Source: a virus
Taxonomy: Duplodnaviria > Caudoviricetes
Length of the DNA stretch: 64,000 nt
Reading direction: 5' to 3' (one strand)
Virus record (IMG/VR): IMGVR_UViG_2843857367_000001
Coordinates: 1-64,000 of that record
A program made the translations under genes and the position numbers. The notes under the pieces are model-generated. The model did not search any database. It saw only the letters and a list, made by a program, of their open reading frames with translations, and was not told the origin of the DNA. This document shows positions 37,998-48,003 of this stretch, piece by piece (the stretch's first letter is position 1; every line of letters begins with the position of its first letter).

Positions 37998-38056
37998 AAC
38001 GTTGCGGTTTAAACGACGCGGTTGACATCCCAACTGTTTGGTTGAACTGTTGAGTT
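37998..38056 (+). promoter_or_regulatory. early promoter with four AAC-N6-GTT operators
   Basis: sites at 37998, 38012, 38032, 38045; TTGACA at 38022. Confidence 0.7.
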
Positions 38057-38143
38057 GTCCCGCGCCGTTCGGTTGGGTTTCCCCCAGCTCCCTCCCGGCG
38101 CTCTTCCGTTCAGGCGCGGGGCGTCCCTTTGGAGGAGCGCCCC

Positions 38144-38662
38144 ATGGCTCACGGAATATTCCAACCGTCCACCGCCCCGACGACAACTTCGGACGCGCAC
38201 GCCGTGCGCGCCTCGACCGCCCACGATTTCTCGGGCGCCGTGCCCGTCGTCAGCATCGATGACGAACTGCTGGACATCATCGCCCTGCTGCACACGGCGC
38301 CGATCCGGTCGTTCGACCTGTCGACGGCGGCGGTCATCACCGGCCCCTTCATCGAGGGCCGCGTCTGCATCCGCATGGACGGCCGGTCCTGGTCCCTGCC
38401 CACCGTCTCCTGCTCCGTTCTCGCCCTGCTGGTTCGCCTCGAACGCTCCCTGCGCGCCTGCGACCTCTTCGCGGACGCCTTCAACGCCGCCGTCGTCCAG
38501 GCCGAGGCCAAGGTCGACGCCGTCAACGCCTGGTCTGCCCGGGTGCGTCCCGGCGCGCCTGCGTCGGATCAGGAGGGCCATGCCATCGCCGTGTCAGCTG
38601 GCGTCGGGTCGGGAGGTCCCGCAGGGCCGACGACCGCCAGCCGCCGAAAGGGTGAAGGCTGA
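38144..38662 (+). CDS. hypothetical protein
   Basis: GGAGGAG SD; first early gene. Confidence 0.65.
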   Translation: MAHGIFQPSTAPTTTSDAHAVRASTAHDFSGAVPVVSIDDELLDIIALLHTAPIRSFDLSTAAVITGPFIEGRVCIRMDGRSWSLPTVSCSVLALLVRLERSLRACDLFADAFNAAVVQAEAKVDAVNAWSARVRPGAPASDQEGHAIAVSAGVGSGGPAGPTTASRRKGEG

Positions 38663-39063
38663 TGACGTCCGCCCTTTCATTTGCCGACGCCGCCGCCATG
38701 CGGGCCGCGCTGGCGGGAAACGACGAAGGCCCTCTGGTCGTCATCGAGCTGCGCCCGCCATGCCCTTCCGAACGGATCGAGATCTCTGGCGGATTCGACG
38801 GCCCCGACCCGATCCACGTCGTCAAATCCCTGTGCCGCGCCCTTGAATGCGGGCCCGGGGCTCTCCTCGCCGTCGAGGATCCGAACGCCCGCGGCCTGCG
38901 CGGCGACGCGGCCCGCTGCTACGTCCTGAACGCCGCTGAGCAACGCGTCGCACGCATCTGCGGCCTCAGCTTCGCCTATGTGAACGTCGCCGCCTCGGCC
39001 CTGGTCAACCGCAACTGGCGGCCCGGCCAGAACCGGGAAATGGGCGTGAGGGCGGACGCATGA
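38662..39063 (+). CDS. hypothetical protein
   Basis: TGATG coupling. Confidence 0.65.
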   Translation: MTSALSFADAAAMRAALAGNDEGPLVVIELRPPCPSERIEISGGFDGPDPIHVVKSLCRALECGPGALLAVEDPNARGLRGDAARCYVLNAAEQRVARICGLSFAYVNVAASALVNRNWRPGQNREMGVRADA

Positions 39064-39269
39064 TTCCGGCCGCCCTCTGCTTCGCCGGCCTCGGTGCCCT
39101 GGCCTACGCCCTGACCAAGGAGGGGCTCAAAGCCTCAGCCCTCGCGGGGATGAACTTCGACATCCTCCGGCGCGACCGCCGCGCCGCTCAGCTCATGGCC
39201 CGTGCCTTCATCCTGCATGGGGCCGCGACCGCCGCCGCCATGGCCGGCTTCATCCTGGGACGCGCCTGA
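39060..39269 (+). CDS. small membrane protein
   Basis: two hydrophobic segments, ATGA coupling. Confidence 0.55.
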   Translation: MIPAALCFAGLGALAYALTKEGLKASALAGMNFDILRRDRRAAQLMARAFILHGAATAAAMAGFILGRA

Positions 39270-39431
39270 TGCCCGCCCGGCCACGCCGCAGCGGCCCCGT
39301 CCTGACCGACGCCGCGCGCGAAACCTTCGCCGCCGCCCTGGTCATCCTTCTGGCCCTCGCCTTCGCCGGTGCCGCCCTCGAGCGGGCGGGACCGGCCCAA
39401 CCTCTTCCCGATCAATACCGGATCCGCTGAC

Positions 39432-41579
39432 ATGGCTTCTTCCGCCCAGGTTTCCCCCGCTCAGCGCGAAATGCGCAAGCCCGACTTCCCGGCCGTCGTC
39501 CACACCTACACCGACCTGCTGCGCCTCCTGCGCGAACAGCCGCACGGCGACGCCGCCCATCTGGCCGGCCTGACCGGCCGCGTCACGTCGAACGTCCGCC
39601 GTGACATGCACAAGCTGACCGCCGCAGGCGTCGTAGAGCACGACGGCGCCTGCTGGCTTCTGACAGACAAGGGCCGCCAATGGGTCGCGGGCCAGGACGT
39701 GGCCGAGGGCTTGGCCTCAGCCGACGGCTCAGCCTCTCCGGTCACCCGCTGGCCGGTCGACAAGATCCGCCCGAACCCGGCCAACCGTCCCGTCGATCGC
39801 GAAACCATCCCCGACCTCGCCCTTTCGATCATCGGCGCCGGCGACGTTCTCCAGCCGCTGATCCTGACCCCGGCCGATGCGAACGGCGTGCGCATGATCC
39901 TCGCCGGTGAACGTCGCTGGCGCGCCGTCCGCCTCATCATGGATCAGGACGCCGAGACTCATAACGAAAACGTCCTCGACGGCGAACCGGCCCTCTTCAA
40001 CGACAGCCTGCCCGTCGACCTCGAACCCGGCGTCCCCTTCATCGAGCGCGAGGCGACCGAGGCCGAGGCGCTGCAGATCACCATCATCGAGAACAGCCAG
40101 CGTCAGGACCTCTCCCCCTGGGAAGACGCCCAGCTGCTGCTGCAGCTGCAGACCGCCACCGGCTGGAACGCGTCAGAGCTGGCGCGCAACATCGGCCGCG
40201 CCGCCGAGGGCGAACGCTCCGGCCTGCGCGACGTCCAGACCAAGCTGAAGGTCGCCCGCGAAGCCTCGCCCGCCGCCATCGCCGTCTATCTCGAAAACCG
40301 CAGCTGGGACCAACTCCGCAACAGCGTCAGCCAACCCAAGCCGCAGACCATGTCCGACCAGGTCGCGGAGTACGGCGCCGCCCTCATCAAGCCCGGCGAA
40401 CCGACGCCGTTGGAAGAGGCGATCGAGGCGGCTCCCACGCCGTCGGCATGGCTTGCCGAGCAGAAGGAGCGCCTCTGGCCCTCTCTGGACGCCCTTCGAC
40501 CTAAACAGCTGCTGGTCCTGGTCGAGGTCGGAGACCTTATCGCCCGCACCAACGTCAAGACCACGCGCTATGAGGCCCCGTGCGCTGAGTCCTACCCGGA
40601 CCCGACGAAGTGCGCCCAGTTCCTGACAGAGAACGCCGGGCTTGGCTTCACCCACCTCCGCGACGAACACACGGTCAGACTGGCCGACGCCACCTGGGAT
40701 TGGTTGATCCGACAGGGCTTAATCCGCGAACTGACGGGCGCCGTCCCCCACCGGCTCGGCCTGCTGCGCCAGGAAGCCTTGGGCATCGGCGCCGAGGCCG
40801 CTCTGCGCCAGTCCGGCCGCTACTGGACCGAATGGCTGAACCTGGACGCCGCCCCGAACAAAACGTCAGCCGCCAAGCCCGCGCCTTCCGGCCCCCACGT
40901 CGTCAACGGCGTCGACTACGGCAACGCCACCCGGGCTCAGGAAGCCCGCTACGCCGCCGGCATCCTGCAACGCCCGGCCGCCAACTACGGTTCGTCGTCG
41001 CGCAGCGAGACGCCGGCGCCGTCGGCCGAGCCCGGCGCCGAAGCGACGCTGCCGGCGACGACGATCGAGATGCTCACCGCAACGGCCCGCGAAGAACTGG
41101 CGGAACAACGCCTTGAGCGCCTCGGCGCGGCCCTGCAGGTGCTGACGGAGCGACTTGAGCCGCTGCTCGCCGCCCTGGGCGGCGATCGCACAGAGGATGG
41201 ACTGATCACGCTCGAGACGGACGATGCGGACTATTACGAACGCGAGATCTCAGAGGCCTGCCAGTGGGCCGAGGACGCCCTGGCCGAAACCAGCACCGTC
41301 TTTGATGGCTGGGGTGACGAGACGCCGCGGACCAGCCTTTCCGAACCAGCCGTGCCGATCCGCAAGTCGATAACGCCCGACTTCATCGTCTGCCTTGAAG
41401 ATGGGCGGAAGTTCAAATCGCTGAAGCGCCACCTGCGCACCCGCTACAACCTTTCGCCAGAGGCGTATCGCCAGCGCTGGGGCCTCCCGGCCGACTATCC
41501 CATGGTCGCGCCCAACTACGCCAAGGCCCGCGAAGACCTCGCCCGCCAGATGGGCCTCAGCTGGGCGGGGGCGCGCTGA
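39432..41579 (+). CDS. wHTH-ParB-MucR/Ros fusion protein
   Basis: [20 protein letters not shown]; C-terminal [30 protein letters not shown]...PMVAPNY. Confidence 0.9.
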   Translation: MASSAQVSPAQREMRKPDFPAVVHTYTDLLRLLREQPHGDAAHLAGLTGRVTSNVRRDMHKLTAAGVVEHDGACWLLTDKGRQWVAGQDVAEGLASADGSASPVTRWPVDKIRPNPANRPVDRETIPDLALSIIGAGDVLQPLILTPADANGVRMILAGERRWRAVRLIMDQDAETHNENVLDGEPALFNDSLPVDLEPGVPFIEREATEAEALQITIIENSQRQDLSPWEDAQLLLQLQTATGWNASELARNIGRAAEGERSGLRDVQTKLKVAREASPAAIAVYLENRSWDQLRNSVSQPKPQTMSDQVAEYGAALIKPGEPTPLEEAIEAAPTPSAWLAEQKERLWPSLDALRPKQLLVLVEVGDLIARTNVKTTRYEAPCAESYPDPTKCAQFLTENAGLGFTHLRDEHTVRLADATWDWLIRQGLIRELTGAVPHRLGLLRQEALGIGAEAALRQSGRYWTEWLNLDAAPNKTSAAKPAPSGPHVVNGVDYGNATRAQEARYAAGILQRPAANYGSSSRSETPAPSAEPGAEATLPATTIEMLTATAREELAEQRLERLGAALQVLTERLEPLLAALGGDRTEDGLITLETDDADYYEREISEACQWAEDALAETSTVFDGWGDETPRTSLSEPAVPIRKSITPDFIVCLEDGRKFKSLKRHLRTRYNLSPEAYRQRWGLPADYPMVAPNYAKAREDLARQMGLSWAGAR

Positions 41580-41998
41580 TGACCCCCCGCCCCTGGATCG
41601 AAGGAGCGGCCCTGCTGGCCGCCCATCACCGCGCCGCCCCGGCGCCCAAATCTCTCAACCGCAGGAGCTATCCCGTGTCCCCCGACGTCCGCTTCGCCCT
41701 GCTCAGGGCTAACCCTCAGGCCAAGCCCCTGGCCTTCCACGACATCGGCGCCCTGGCGCGTCACGTCCAGCGCGAACGCGCCGGTCGCCCGATCGAGATG
41801 GTCGACATCGAGGACCTGCGCTTCGACGGCGACGCCAACATGCGCGAGGGCGTCTCCGTCTACATCCTCGATCAGGGCGGCGACCGCGACGGTTTGATCG
41901 GCCATTGCTGGCTGGACGGCCAGGGTCAGGACGCCCTGCGCCATGCGCTGGCTCGCAATCAGCTGCCCGCCCATGACGCCGCCGTGAGGGCCGCATGA
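41579..41998 (+). CDS. hypothetical protein
   Basis: coupled ORF. Confidence 0.6.
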   Translation: MTPRPWIEGAALLAAHHRAAPAPKSLNRRSYPVSPDVRFALLRANPQAKPLAFHDIGALARHVQRERAGRPIEMVDIEDLRFDGDANMREGVSVYILDQGGDRDGLIGHCWLDGQGQDALRHALARNQLPAHDAAVRAA

Positions 41999-42420
41999 TG
42001 GACGGCGCGACCTTCACCCCCGCCCCAACCCCGATCGATCCCGTCGACGCCGAGCAGCCCAAGCGTCTGAACCGCCGTCAGGCCGCCAAGGTGCGGACTC
42101 GCCAGCGCGTCTTCGACTCAGCCGAGACCCTGTTCAATGACGTCGGTTTCGAGCGCGCCACCATCCGCGCGATCGCCAAGGGCGCCGGCATGTCCACCGG
42201 CGCCGTCTTCGCCAACTTCGAGGACAAGACCGCGCTCTACGTCGCCGTCTTCGGCCATCCGCCGCTGACGCCCGAACGGGGCCGCGAACTCGTAAATGTC
42301 CTGCGCCGGGCCCAGGGCGTGCTCGACGCCTTCGCGGATGAGGAAGGCGTCCCCGAACTGCTGGCGGATATCAGGGCCGCCCTGCCGCCCCTTCCGGTCA
42401 AGGCGCCTGCCGATGCTTGA
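41995..42420 (+). CDS. short TetR-family HTH protein
   Basis: ATIRAIAKGAGMSTGAVFANFEDK; short C-terminus. Confidence 0.85.
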   Translation: MMDGATFTPAPTPIDPVDAEQPKRLNRRQAAKVRTRQRVFDSAETLFNDVGFERATIRAIAKGAGMSTGAVFANFEDKTALYVAVFGHPPLTPERGRELVNVLRRAQGVLDAFADEEGVPELLADIRAALPPLPVKAPADA

Positions 42421-42739
42421 CCGCCGCTTGCACCCGTCCGCCCATCCGCTGCCGCCCCTGCGGCTGGCCCAGACGCCCGTCTACGTCGATCGCGGCTACT
42501 GCCCCGGCGGCCGCTGGGAGCGGATCCTGCGCACCATCCACGATCGGCCCCTGACCGAGACCGAGATCCTGCGCGCCGTCCATGACGGCCGTTACCCGCG
42601 CCGGATCGAGCGCCGCAAGATTCACGCCGCCCTGATCGCCATGACCCGTCAGGGGCTGACGGCGCGCCTGCCGGGCAGCCCAGCGCCCTTCACGGCCACC
42701 GCGCACGGCGTGCGCATCCTGCATGGAGAGGCCGCGTGA
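42413..42739 (+). CDS. hypothetical winged-helix-like protein
   Basis: overlapping start, basic helical sequence. Confidence 0.55.
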   Translation: MLDRRLHPSAHPLPPLRLAQTPVYVDRGYCPGGRWERILRTIHDRPLTETEILRAVHDGRYPRRIERRKIHAALIAMTRQGLTARLPGSPAPFTATAHGVRILHGEAA

Positions 42740-42888
42740 CCCTGCACCTCGACCCCATCCCCGACCGCCACCCGCGCCTGATCGTCTGGTGCGGATGGTT
42801 CCGCCGCGCCGGCTGGCCCGTCCGCGACATCGCCAAGCTCTTCAACATCTCGATCGGCGAGCTGATCGAAGCCGGAGTCGAACCATGA
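42736..42888 (+). CDS. 50 aa HTH-like protein
   Basis: GTGA/ATGA coupling; GWPVRDIAKLFNIS. Confidence 0.55.
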   Translation: MTLHLDPIPDRHPRLIVWCGWFRRAGWPVRDIAKLFNISIGELIEAGVEP

Positions 42889-43640
42889 CCAAGGTCCGCC
42901 CCAACGGGCCGGGCGCCCGCCCGCTCGCTCAGCTCAAGCGTTTCCGCGCGCTTGAAGACATCTTGATGGGCTTTTCTGACGGTATCGACGGGGCCCGTCT
43001 TCAGGCCGGGCTCACATGGGCGAAGATCGGCCGCGCCGATTGGCAGCGTCAGGATCTGATCAGCCTCTTCGCCGCCCCGTGGGTCGCAGCCCAGGAAGAG
43101 GCGGGCTGGGAAGGCAACCCCACCCTCCAGGGCGAAATGGAGCTGGACGAGATCACGGCCGCCGCCCTGCAATTGGATCCCGTCGAGGACTTCCTCGACC
43201 AGGTCCGAGCAGAACTGGCCCACGCTCGCTCCAAATTCCCCGGCGACCGGATCATGACCCTGGCCATGGCCGAGGAGTTCGGCGAGCTGGTGAAGGCCGT
43301 CCTGGACGAACACTCCAGCGCTGTCCGTAAGGAGGCCGTCCAGACCGCCGCCATGGCCGCCCGCGTCGTTCTCGACGGCGACGCCTCCGTCGACGACTGG
43401 CGCGCCGCCAAGGGTCTGGACCCGCTGACGGGGCGCGCAGGCGCCGTGGCCCCGACGCCCGGCGTCACGCTTCGTCACCAGGACGGCCGCACTGGCACCT
43501 TCGTCAGCGTGGAAGAGGACGGACGATATCGGGTCCGCTCCCTCAAGGGCTCGGGCTTCTGGGTCTTCCATCCCGACGATTGCCGCCCGGCGGCTTCGGA
43601 ACTGGCCCCGCCGAAAGGAAGCGAGGCCGCTCATGGCTGA
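42885..43640 (+). CDS. protein with MazG-like pyrophosphatase helix pair
   Basis: MAEEFGELVKA...RKEAVQTAAMAAR. Confidence 0.65.
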   Translation: MTKVRPNGPGARPLAQLKRFRALEDILMGFSDGIDGARLQAGLTWAKIGRADWQRQDLISLFAAPWVAAQEEAGWEGNPTLQGEMELDEITAAALQLDPVEDFLDQVRAELAHARSKFPGDRIMTLAMAEEFGELVKAVLDEHSSAVRKEAVQTAAMAARVVLDGDASVDDWRAAKGLDPLTGRAGAVAPTPGVTLRHQDGRTGTFVSVEEDGRYRVRSLKGSGFWVFHPDDCRPAASELAPPKGSEAAHG

Positions 43641-44568
43641 CCGCAATCAACATCTGTCTCGTGATGACGAGACACGTCGCGCCGTCTTCGACCAAGTCGA
43701 CCTGCAGACCGCCGAGCTGGAAATCGTCGGTTCCATCTACGACGGCTTCGCCGCCGCCATAGTGGTGACGGGGCAGCCCAGAACCGTCGCCCTCACGCGC
43801 GAGTACGGCGACGCCGTTCAGCTCATGGCCCTTATCGAGCGCGGCCGCGCCCCTCTTTTTGCCATTGATTTGGCAGGGGGGGCGATGCCTTCCAAGACTT
43901 TCGTCAAGCCTGCGAGTGTTGGGCCGTCAGACCGCCCAACACTCGCAGGCTTTGTGGATGCGGCAGATGCCCCAGCGGCGGCGCAGGAAGCTCGCCCCCA
44001 AGCCCGCGAGGAAGCGCAGTCGGTGGCTCTGCCGACTGATGAGGGTGGCAGCGTAACCAAGCGCTTCGTCATCTTCACCACGCCCGGAGAAGTGCCGGAA
44101 AAGAAGGGCGGCTGGCTGAAGGACGAACATCTCATCGACTTCCTTCGCGCAGTCATGCTGCACGACGGCTGGAAGCCCGGATTCCGCGCCACGGTGCTGG
44201 AACTGACGTGGGACAACGACCTCTGGGCGTCATCGGCCTCCGAGTATCTGGAGATCCACGACGACGCGATTGGCCCGCGTCGTGCCCGGAAGGCCTGGCA
44301 GGCGGCGCGCGACGAGCATGAGCGCATCTACAAGGTCGCCCCCACGATGAAGCTTGGCGACGAGATCGTCAGCTATCGCCGGATTACCGCCATCGCCACC
44401 CCGGAAGCGCGAGAGACTGAGAAGCTGCGCGTGGCGGTCGAGGCGATCCGCGCCGAGATCAACGCGCCTCTCAACGGACCAACGCATGGCGCATGGGACC
44501 GAGGCCGCATCGCCGGGCTGAAAGAGGCCCTCGGCGTCCTGCAAGCCGAAAAGAAAGGCGGTGCCTGA
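43633..44568 (+). CDS. hypothetical mosaic protein
   Basis: 311 aa coupled ORF. Confidence 0.6.
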   Translation: MADRNQHLSRDDETRRAVFDQVDLQTAELEIVGSIYDGFAAAIVVTGQPRTVALTREYGDAVQLMALIERGRAPLFAIDLAGGAMPSKTFVKPASVGPSDRPTLAGFVDAADAPAAAQEARPQAREEAQSVALPTDEGGSVTKRFVIFTTPGEVPEKKGGWLKDEHLIDFLRAVMLHDGWKPGFRATVLELTWDNDLWASSASEYLEIHDDAIGPRRARKAWQAARDEHERIYKVAPTMKLGDEIVSYRRITAIATPEARETEKLRVAVEAIRAEINAPLNGPTHGAWDRGRIAGLKEALGVLQAEKKGGA

Positions 44569-44825
44569 TGAGTGTTGTTTCAATCGAAAGCACCGTTTCC
44601 TGCGATGGCTGCGGGACGCATTTCAAGGTGAAGCACGATCCGGCCTACAAGCCGCCCGCCGGTTGGTCGCTGTTCGACGTGGCCGAGGACGCGGTTCGCG
44701 GCGGTTACGTCCTCGGCAGCTCTCTCTTCGACGGATCCTGCAGCGTGCAGAATGGGTCGATGCTCTGCATCCCCTGCACAAGGGCGGCTGACCGCGCCGC
44801 TGTCCCCGGGGGGCCTCAGGAATGA
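44568..44825 (+). CDS. small Cys-rich protein
   Basis: CDGC...CIPC. Confidence 0.6.
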   Translation: MSVVSIESTVSCDGCGTHFKVKHDPAYKPPAGWSLFDVAEDAVRGGYVLGSSLFDGSCSVQNGSMLCIPCTRAADRAAVPGGPQE

Positions 44826-45040
44826 GAATCCTCGAGAAGAAGCGCGGCTATTTTCGCGGCACGCACAAGGGTTGCACGATCGAGATCGAGCGCGACCGCA
44901 CGTCAGGCGATGACAGGTGTAAGTTCTACATCACCGTTCAGGGCGCCGACGGCTGCTACCGTTATGACGGCTGGAGCCCTGAAGGCGTCGACACCATGGC
45001 CCAGGCCAAGCGGGAAGCGATCCGGGGGGCATGCCTGTGA
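44822..45040 (+). CDS. hypothetical protein
   Basis: ATGA coupling. Confidence 0.6.
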   Translation: MRILEKKRGYFRGTHKGCTIEIERDRTSGDDRCKFYITVQGADGCYRYDGWSPEGVDTMAQAKREAIRGACL

Positions 45041-45474
45041 CCCGTTTCGACGGCCTTGACGCCACGGCCGAGCCCCTCTGGAACCTCTACGAGGTCACCG
45101 TCACCGCAGGCGACTACGTGGCGACGTCGACTCTGTCGGCCGCCACCCGATCGCGCGCCGTCTACCAGGCCTTCCTTGGCTACAGCGAGGTCTGGACAAT
45201 CAGCTTCCGCGACTTCCTGTCCATGGTCAGGGTCCGGCGGGTCAGCACCTGCGCCGATGACGGCTATGGCTATGTCCGCCGCACCTATGGCGTCGATCCG
45301 CGTATCGGCGACGAGGTCGAGTTGGTCGATGAAGGCGACTGGACGGGCAAGCGCGGCCAGGTCGTTCACCCCGGCAAGTCGACCACGGCCTACGTCCACG
45401 TCGTCTTCGAGGGCGTCAGGCACGCCATGCCCTGCCACCCGCGCAGCATCCGCATCATCGAGGCCCAGCCATGA
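45037..45474 (+). CDS. hypothetical protein
   Basis: GTGA coupling; YVRRTYGV..IGD.V motif. Confidence 0.6.
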   Translation: MTRFDGLDATAEPLWNLYEVTVTAGDYVATSTLSAATRSRAVYQAFLGYSEVWTISFRDFLSMVRVRRVSTCADDGYGYVRRTYGVDPRIGDEVELVDEGDWTGKRGQVVHPGKSTTAYVHVVFEGVRHAMPCHPRSIRIIEAQP

Positions 45475-45797
45475 CATCCATGCCCCCCAGATCGGCGCGC
45501 CTCGAAGGGATTCCCCTTCAGCACGACGGCGTCGTCGTCGGCATGGTGCCCGTGCGCGGCGTCGGCTTCCGCGTCGGCCTGCAGGGCGCAGGACAGGCGC
45601 TGATCATGAGCCCCGCCAAGGCCCGCCGTATGGCCCCCGCCTGGCGCAGTCCTGAAGCCAAGGCGGCCGGGCTCGACTGGATCGCCGACGCGCTCGAGGA
45701 GGCCGCAAACGATATCGACGCCATGCCGGCCGCTGAACAGATCCAGAGGGCCAACGAGATGTGGGCCGCAATCTCAGCGACGGGGTCGCAGCACTAG
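45471..45797 (+). CDS. hypothetical protein
   Basis: ATGA coupling. Confidence 0.6.
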   Translation: MTSMPPRSARLEGIPLQHDGVVVGMVPVRGVGFRVGLQGAGQALIMSPAKARRMAPAWRSPEAKAAGLDWIADALEEAANDIDAMPAAEQIQRANEMWAAISATGSQH

Positions 45798-45799
45798 TC

Positions 45800-45970
45800 A
45801 TGGCCCCCGCTCCTCGCCGCGTCAGCGAAGCGATCGAGCCTCCCTCTGGCGGGCTCGATCCCGCCCTGCTGCGCATCATTCAAGCCATGGCCCGTGCGGA
45901 TGCGCGCCGCGACTTCCAGGCCGCCAGCGTCGCCCCCTTGCCGACCGACAGGCTCGCGAGTCACGATTAG
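45800..45970 (+). CDS. small protein upstream of serine integrase (RDF candidate)
   Basis: LLRIIQAMARADARRD amphipathic helix; position only. Confidence 0.45.
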   Translation: MAPAPRRVSEAIEPPSGGLDPALLRIIQAMARADARRDFQAASVAPLPTDRLASHD

Positions 45971-46374
45971 CGCCACGGCCACGGCGCCGATCGCCGCCGC
46001 CACAATGGCCAGGGCGATCAACCCGACGCCGTTCGAGACTTCAAGATCGAGGGTGTGATGCAGTTTCACGACGACAGTTCCTCAGCGATGACGCCGCCGG
46101 TCTCGACCCGTTCGAGTTCCGGCAACGCGCTGATCGTCACCTCGCCTTCAAGGGGGGCGGACGCTCAACGCACGCTCAGCCTGTCGTCACGACATGGATT
46201 CCAACAATGCACCGTCTTTGTGTGGGCCGCACCGCACAACAGTCCAAGCGCCCAGACTATGCGATCCTTTGGTAGCCGTAGAGTAACCGTCCTTATGGTC
46301 AGGTCCGCCCCACACCATAAGACGGCAGAAGGGACTCATCTCGCTGAACGCGCCCTTCGGGGGGGCGGACGGCC

Positions 46375-48003
46375 ATGACGCGCGTCGCCCTCTACGCCCG
46401 CTACAGCTCCGAACGCCAGAACGAGCGCTCGATCTCCGATCAGCTGAACGTCCTGATCCAGCACGCGGCAGGCAAGTGCTGGGCCGTCGTCGGCACCTAT
46501 ACCGACGCCGCCATATCCGGCTCGGCCATGGCGAACCGCCCCGGCCTCCTGGCCGCCCTTGCTGCGGCCGATCGCGGAGAGTTCGACCTGCTGCTGGCCG
46601 AGGATGAAGACCGCCTGGCCCGCAACCTTGAGCACCTGGCGCACGTGGCCAACCGCCTGGCCGACATCGGCGCCGGCATCGCCACCCTATCCACCGACCG
46701 CGTCCAGGACATGCACGTCGCGTTCAAAGGCCTCATCGCCCAGGACTTCATCCGCAACCTCAGCCTGAAGACCAAACGGGGCATGGCCTCCAACGCCGAA
46801 AAGGGCCTCGCCACCGGCTCGCGCCTCTACGGCTATCGCTCGCAGCCGGGCGGCGCTGTCGAGATCGTCCCTGAACAGGCCGAGGTCATCAGGCGCATCT
46901 TCGCCATGTACGTGCATGATCGCCTGTCGTCGCGGGAGATCGCCGAGCGCCTGAACCGTGACAAGATCCCCTCCCCGGCCGGCCGGGAGTGGAACGCCTC
47001 GTCGATCCAGGGCTCGCGTCAGCGCGCCAACGGCATTCTGCACAGCGAGATCTACGCCGGCGTGAAGGTCTACAACCGCGTCGAGATGCGGAAAGACCGC
47101 CAGACCGGCCGTAAGATCACGATCTGCAATCCTCCCAGCGAGCACAAGCGCGTCGACGTCCCCCACCTGGCCATCATCGACCGGGATATATGGAATGCTG
47201 CTCGGCAGCGTCTGGACAGTCGACAGACTGCGGACCCGTCGCAGCGGGCGAGCCTCCGCCGGCGACCGGGCCTGCTGTCCGGCCTGACCAAGTGCGGCTG
47301 CTGCGGAGCCTCCTACACGTCGCTCAGCCAGGGCCGCCTGGTCTGCGCCGCCTATCGCGAGAAGGGCGCGTCCGCCTGTGACAACAACCGCCATGTGAGC
47401 CGCGCCGAGATCGAGCAGCGCGTGCTGGAAGGCCTTCGCACGCGGCTTCTGGCTCCTGAGGCCGTCGCCGCCTATGTCCGCGCATATCACGCCGCCTGGG
47501 CGGAACAGGCCAGCCAGGCCGAAGACCGACGCCGCCCGCTCACTCGACGGCTGGCCGAGGTTGAGCGCGCGATCGAGCGCGGGGCCGAAGCCCTGCTGTC
47601 CGGCGCGACGGCGGCCGCCGTCATCGGCAAGAAGCTGGAAGCCCTTGAGATCGAACAGGCCCAGATCAAGGCGACCCTTGAACAACTGGACTCCGAAGAC
47701 GCGCCGCCCGTGCAGCTCCACCCTCGCGCAGCCGAGAACTACGCCCGCAAGATCGAGCAGCTCCAATCGCGCCTGGCCGAGGCGGCCGACAGCACCGAGG
47801 GCGCGGACAGAGACCTGATCGCCAGCGTCAGGGACCTGATCCAGAGGGTCGACATCGAACCGGTCAACAAATCGAGAGGAGCGCCGGTGCGGGTCACCTT
47901 GCACGGTGACCTCGCCCGGTTCGTTCTCCCGCAACACCCACCAGCTAGTGGGTGTGCGTTGGTGGTTGGAGGCGGGATCGAACCGCCGACCTGTGGGTTA
48001 TGA
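46375..48003 (+). CDS. large serine recombinase (integrase)
   Basis: YARYSSERQ, DRLAR, YGY, LLSGLTKCGCCG Zn ribbon, coiled coil. Confidence 0.95.
   Translation: MTRVALYARYSSERQNERSISDQLNVLIQHAAGKCWAVVGTYTDAAISGSAMANRPGLLAALAAADRGEFDLLLAEDEDRLARNLEHLAHVANRLADIGAGIATLSTDRVQDMHVAFKGLIAQDFIRNLSLKTKRGMASNAEKGLATGSRLYGYRSQPGGAVEIVPEQAEVIRRIFAMYVHDRLSSREIAERLNRDKIPSPAGREWNASSIQGSRQRANGILHSEIYAGVKVYNRVEMRKDRQTGRKITICNPPSEHKRVDVPHLAIIDRDIWNAARQRLDSRQTADPSQRASLRRRPGLLSGLTKCGCCGASYTSLSQGRLVCAAYREKGASACDNNRHVSRAEIEQRVLEGLRTRLLAPEAVAAYVRAYHAAWAEQASQAEDRRRPLTRRLAEVERAIERGAEALLSGATAAAVIGKKLEALEIEQAQIKATLEQLDSEDAPPVQLHPRAAENYARKIEQLQSRLAEAADSTEGADRDLIASVRDLIQRVDIEPVNKSRGAPVRVTLHGDLARFVLPQHPPASGCALVVGGGIEPPTCGL

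Larger units (their letters stand above)
4202..48003. mobile_element. prophage A (lambda-like siphovirus, serine integrase); left boundary uncertain, may include 1-4200
   Basis: complete lysis-tail-head-packaging-replication-immunity-integrase order. Confidence 0.92.

Noticed and set aside
38067-38081. GTTC-N7-TTTC possible LexA box
   Set aside because: One mismatch and lies inside a leader hairpin; prophage A's CI already looks cleavable
45794-46069. Minus-strand hydrophobic ORF as a type I toxin
   Set aside because: Overlaps a plus-strand ORF and has no clear promoter or antitoxin; insufficient support
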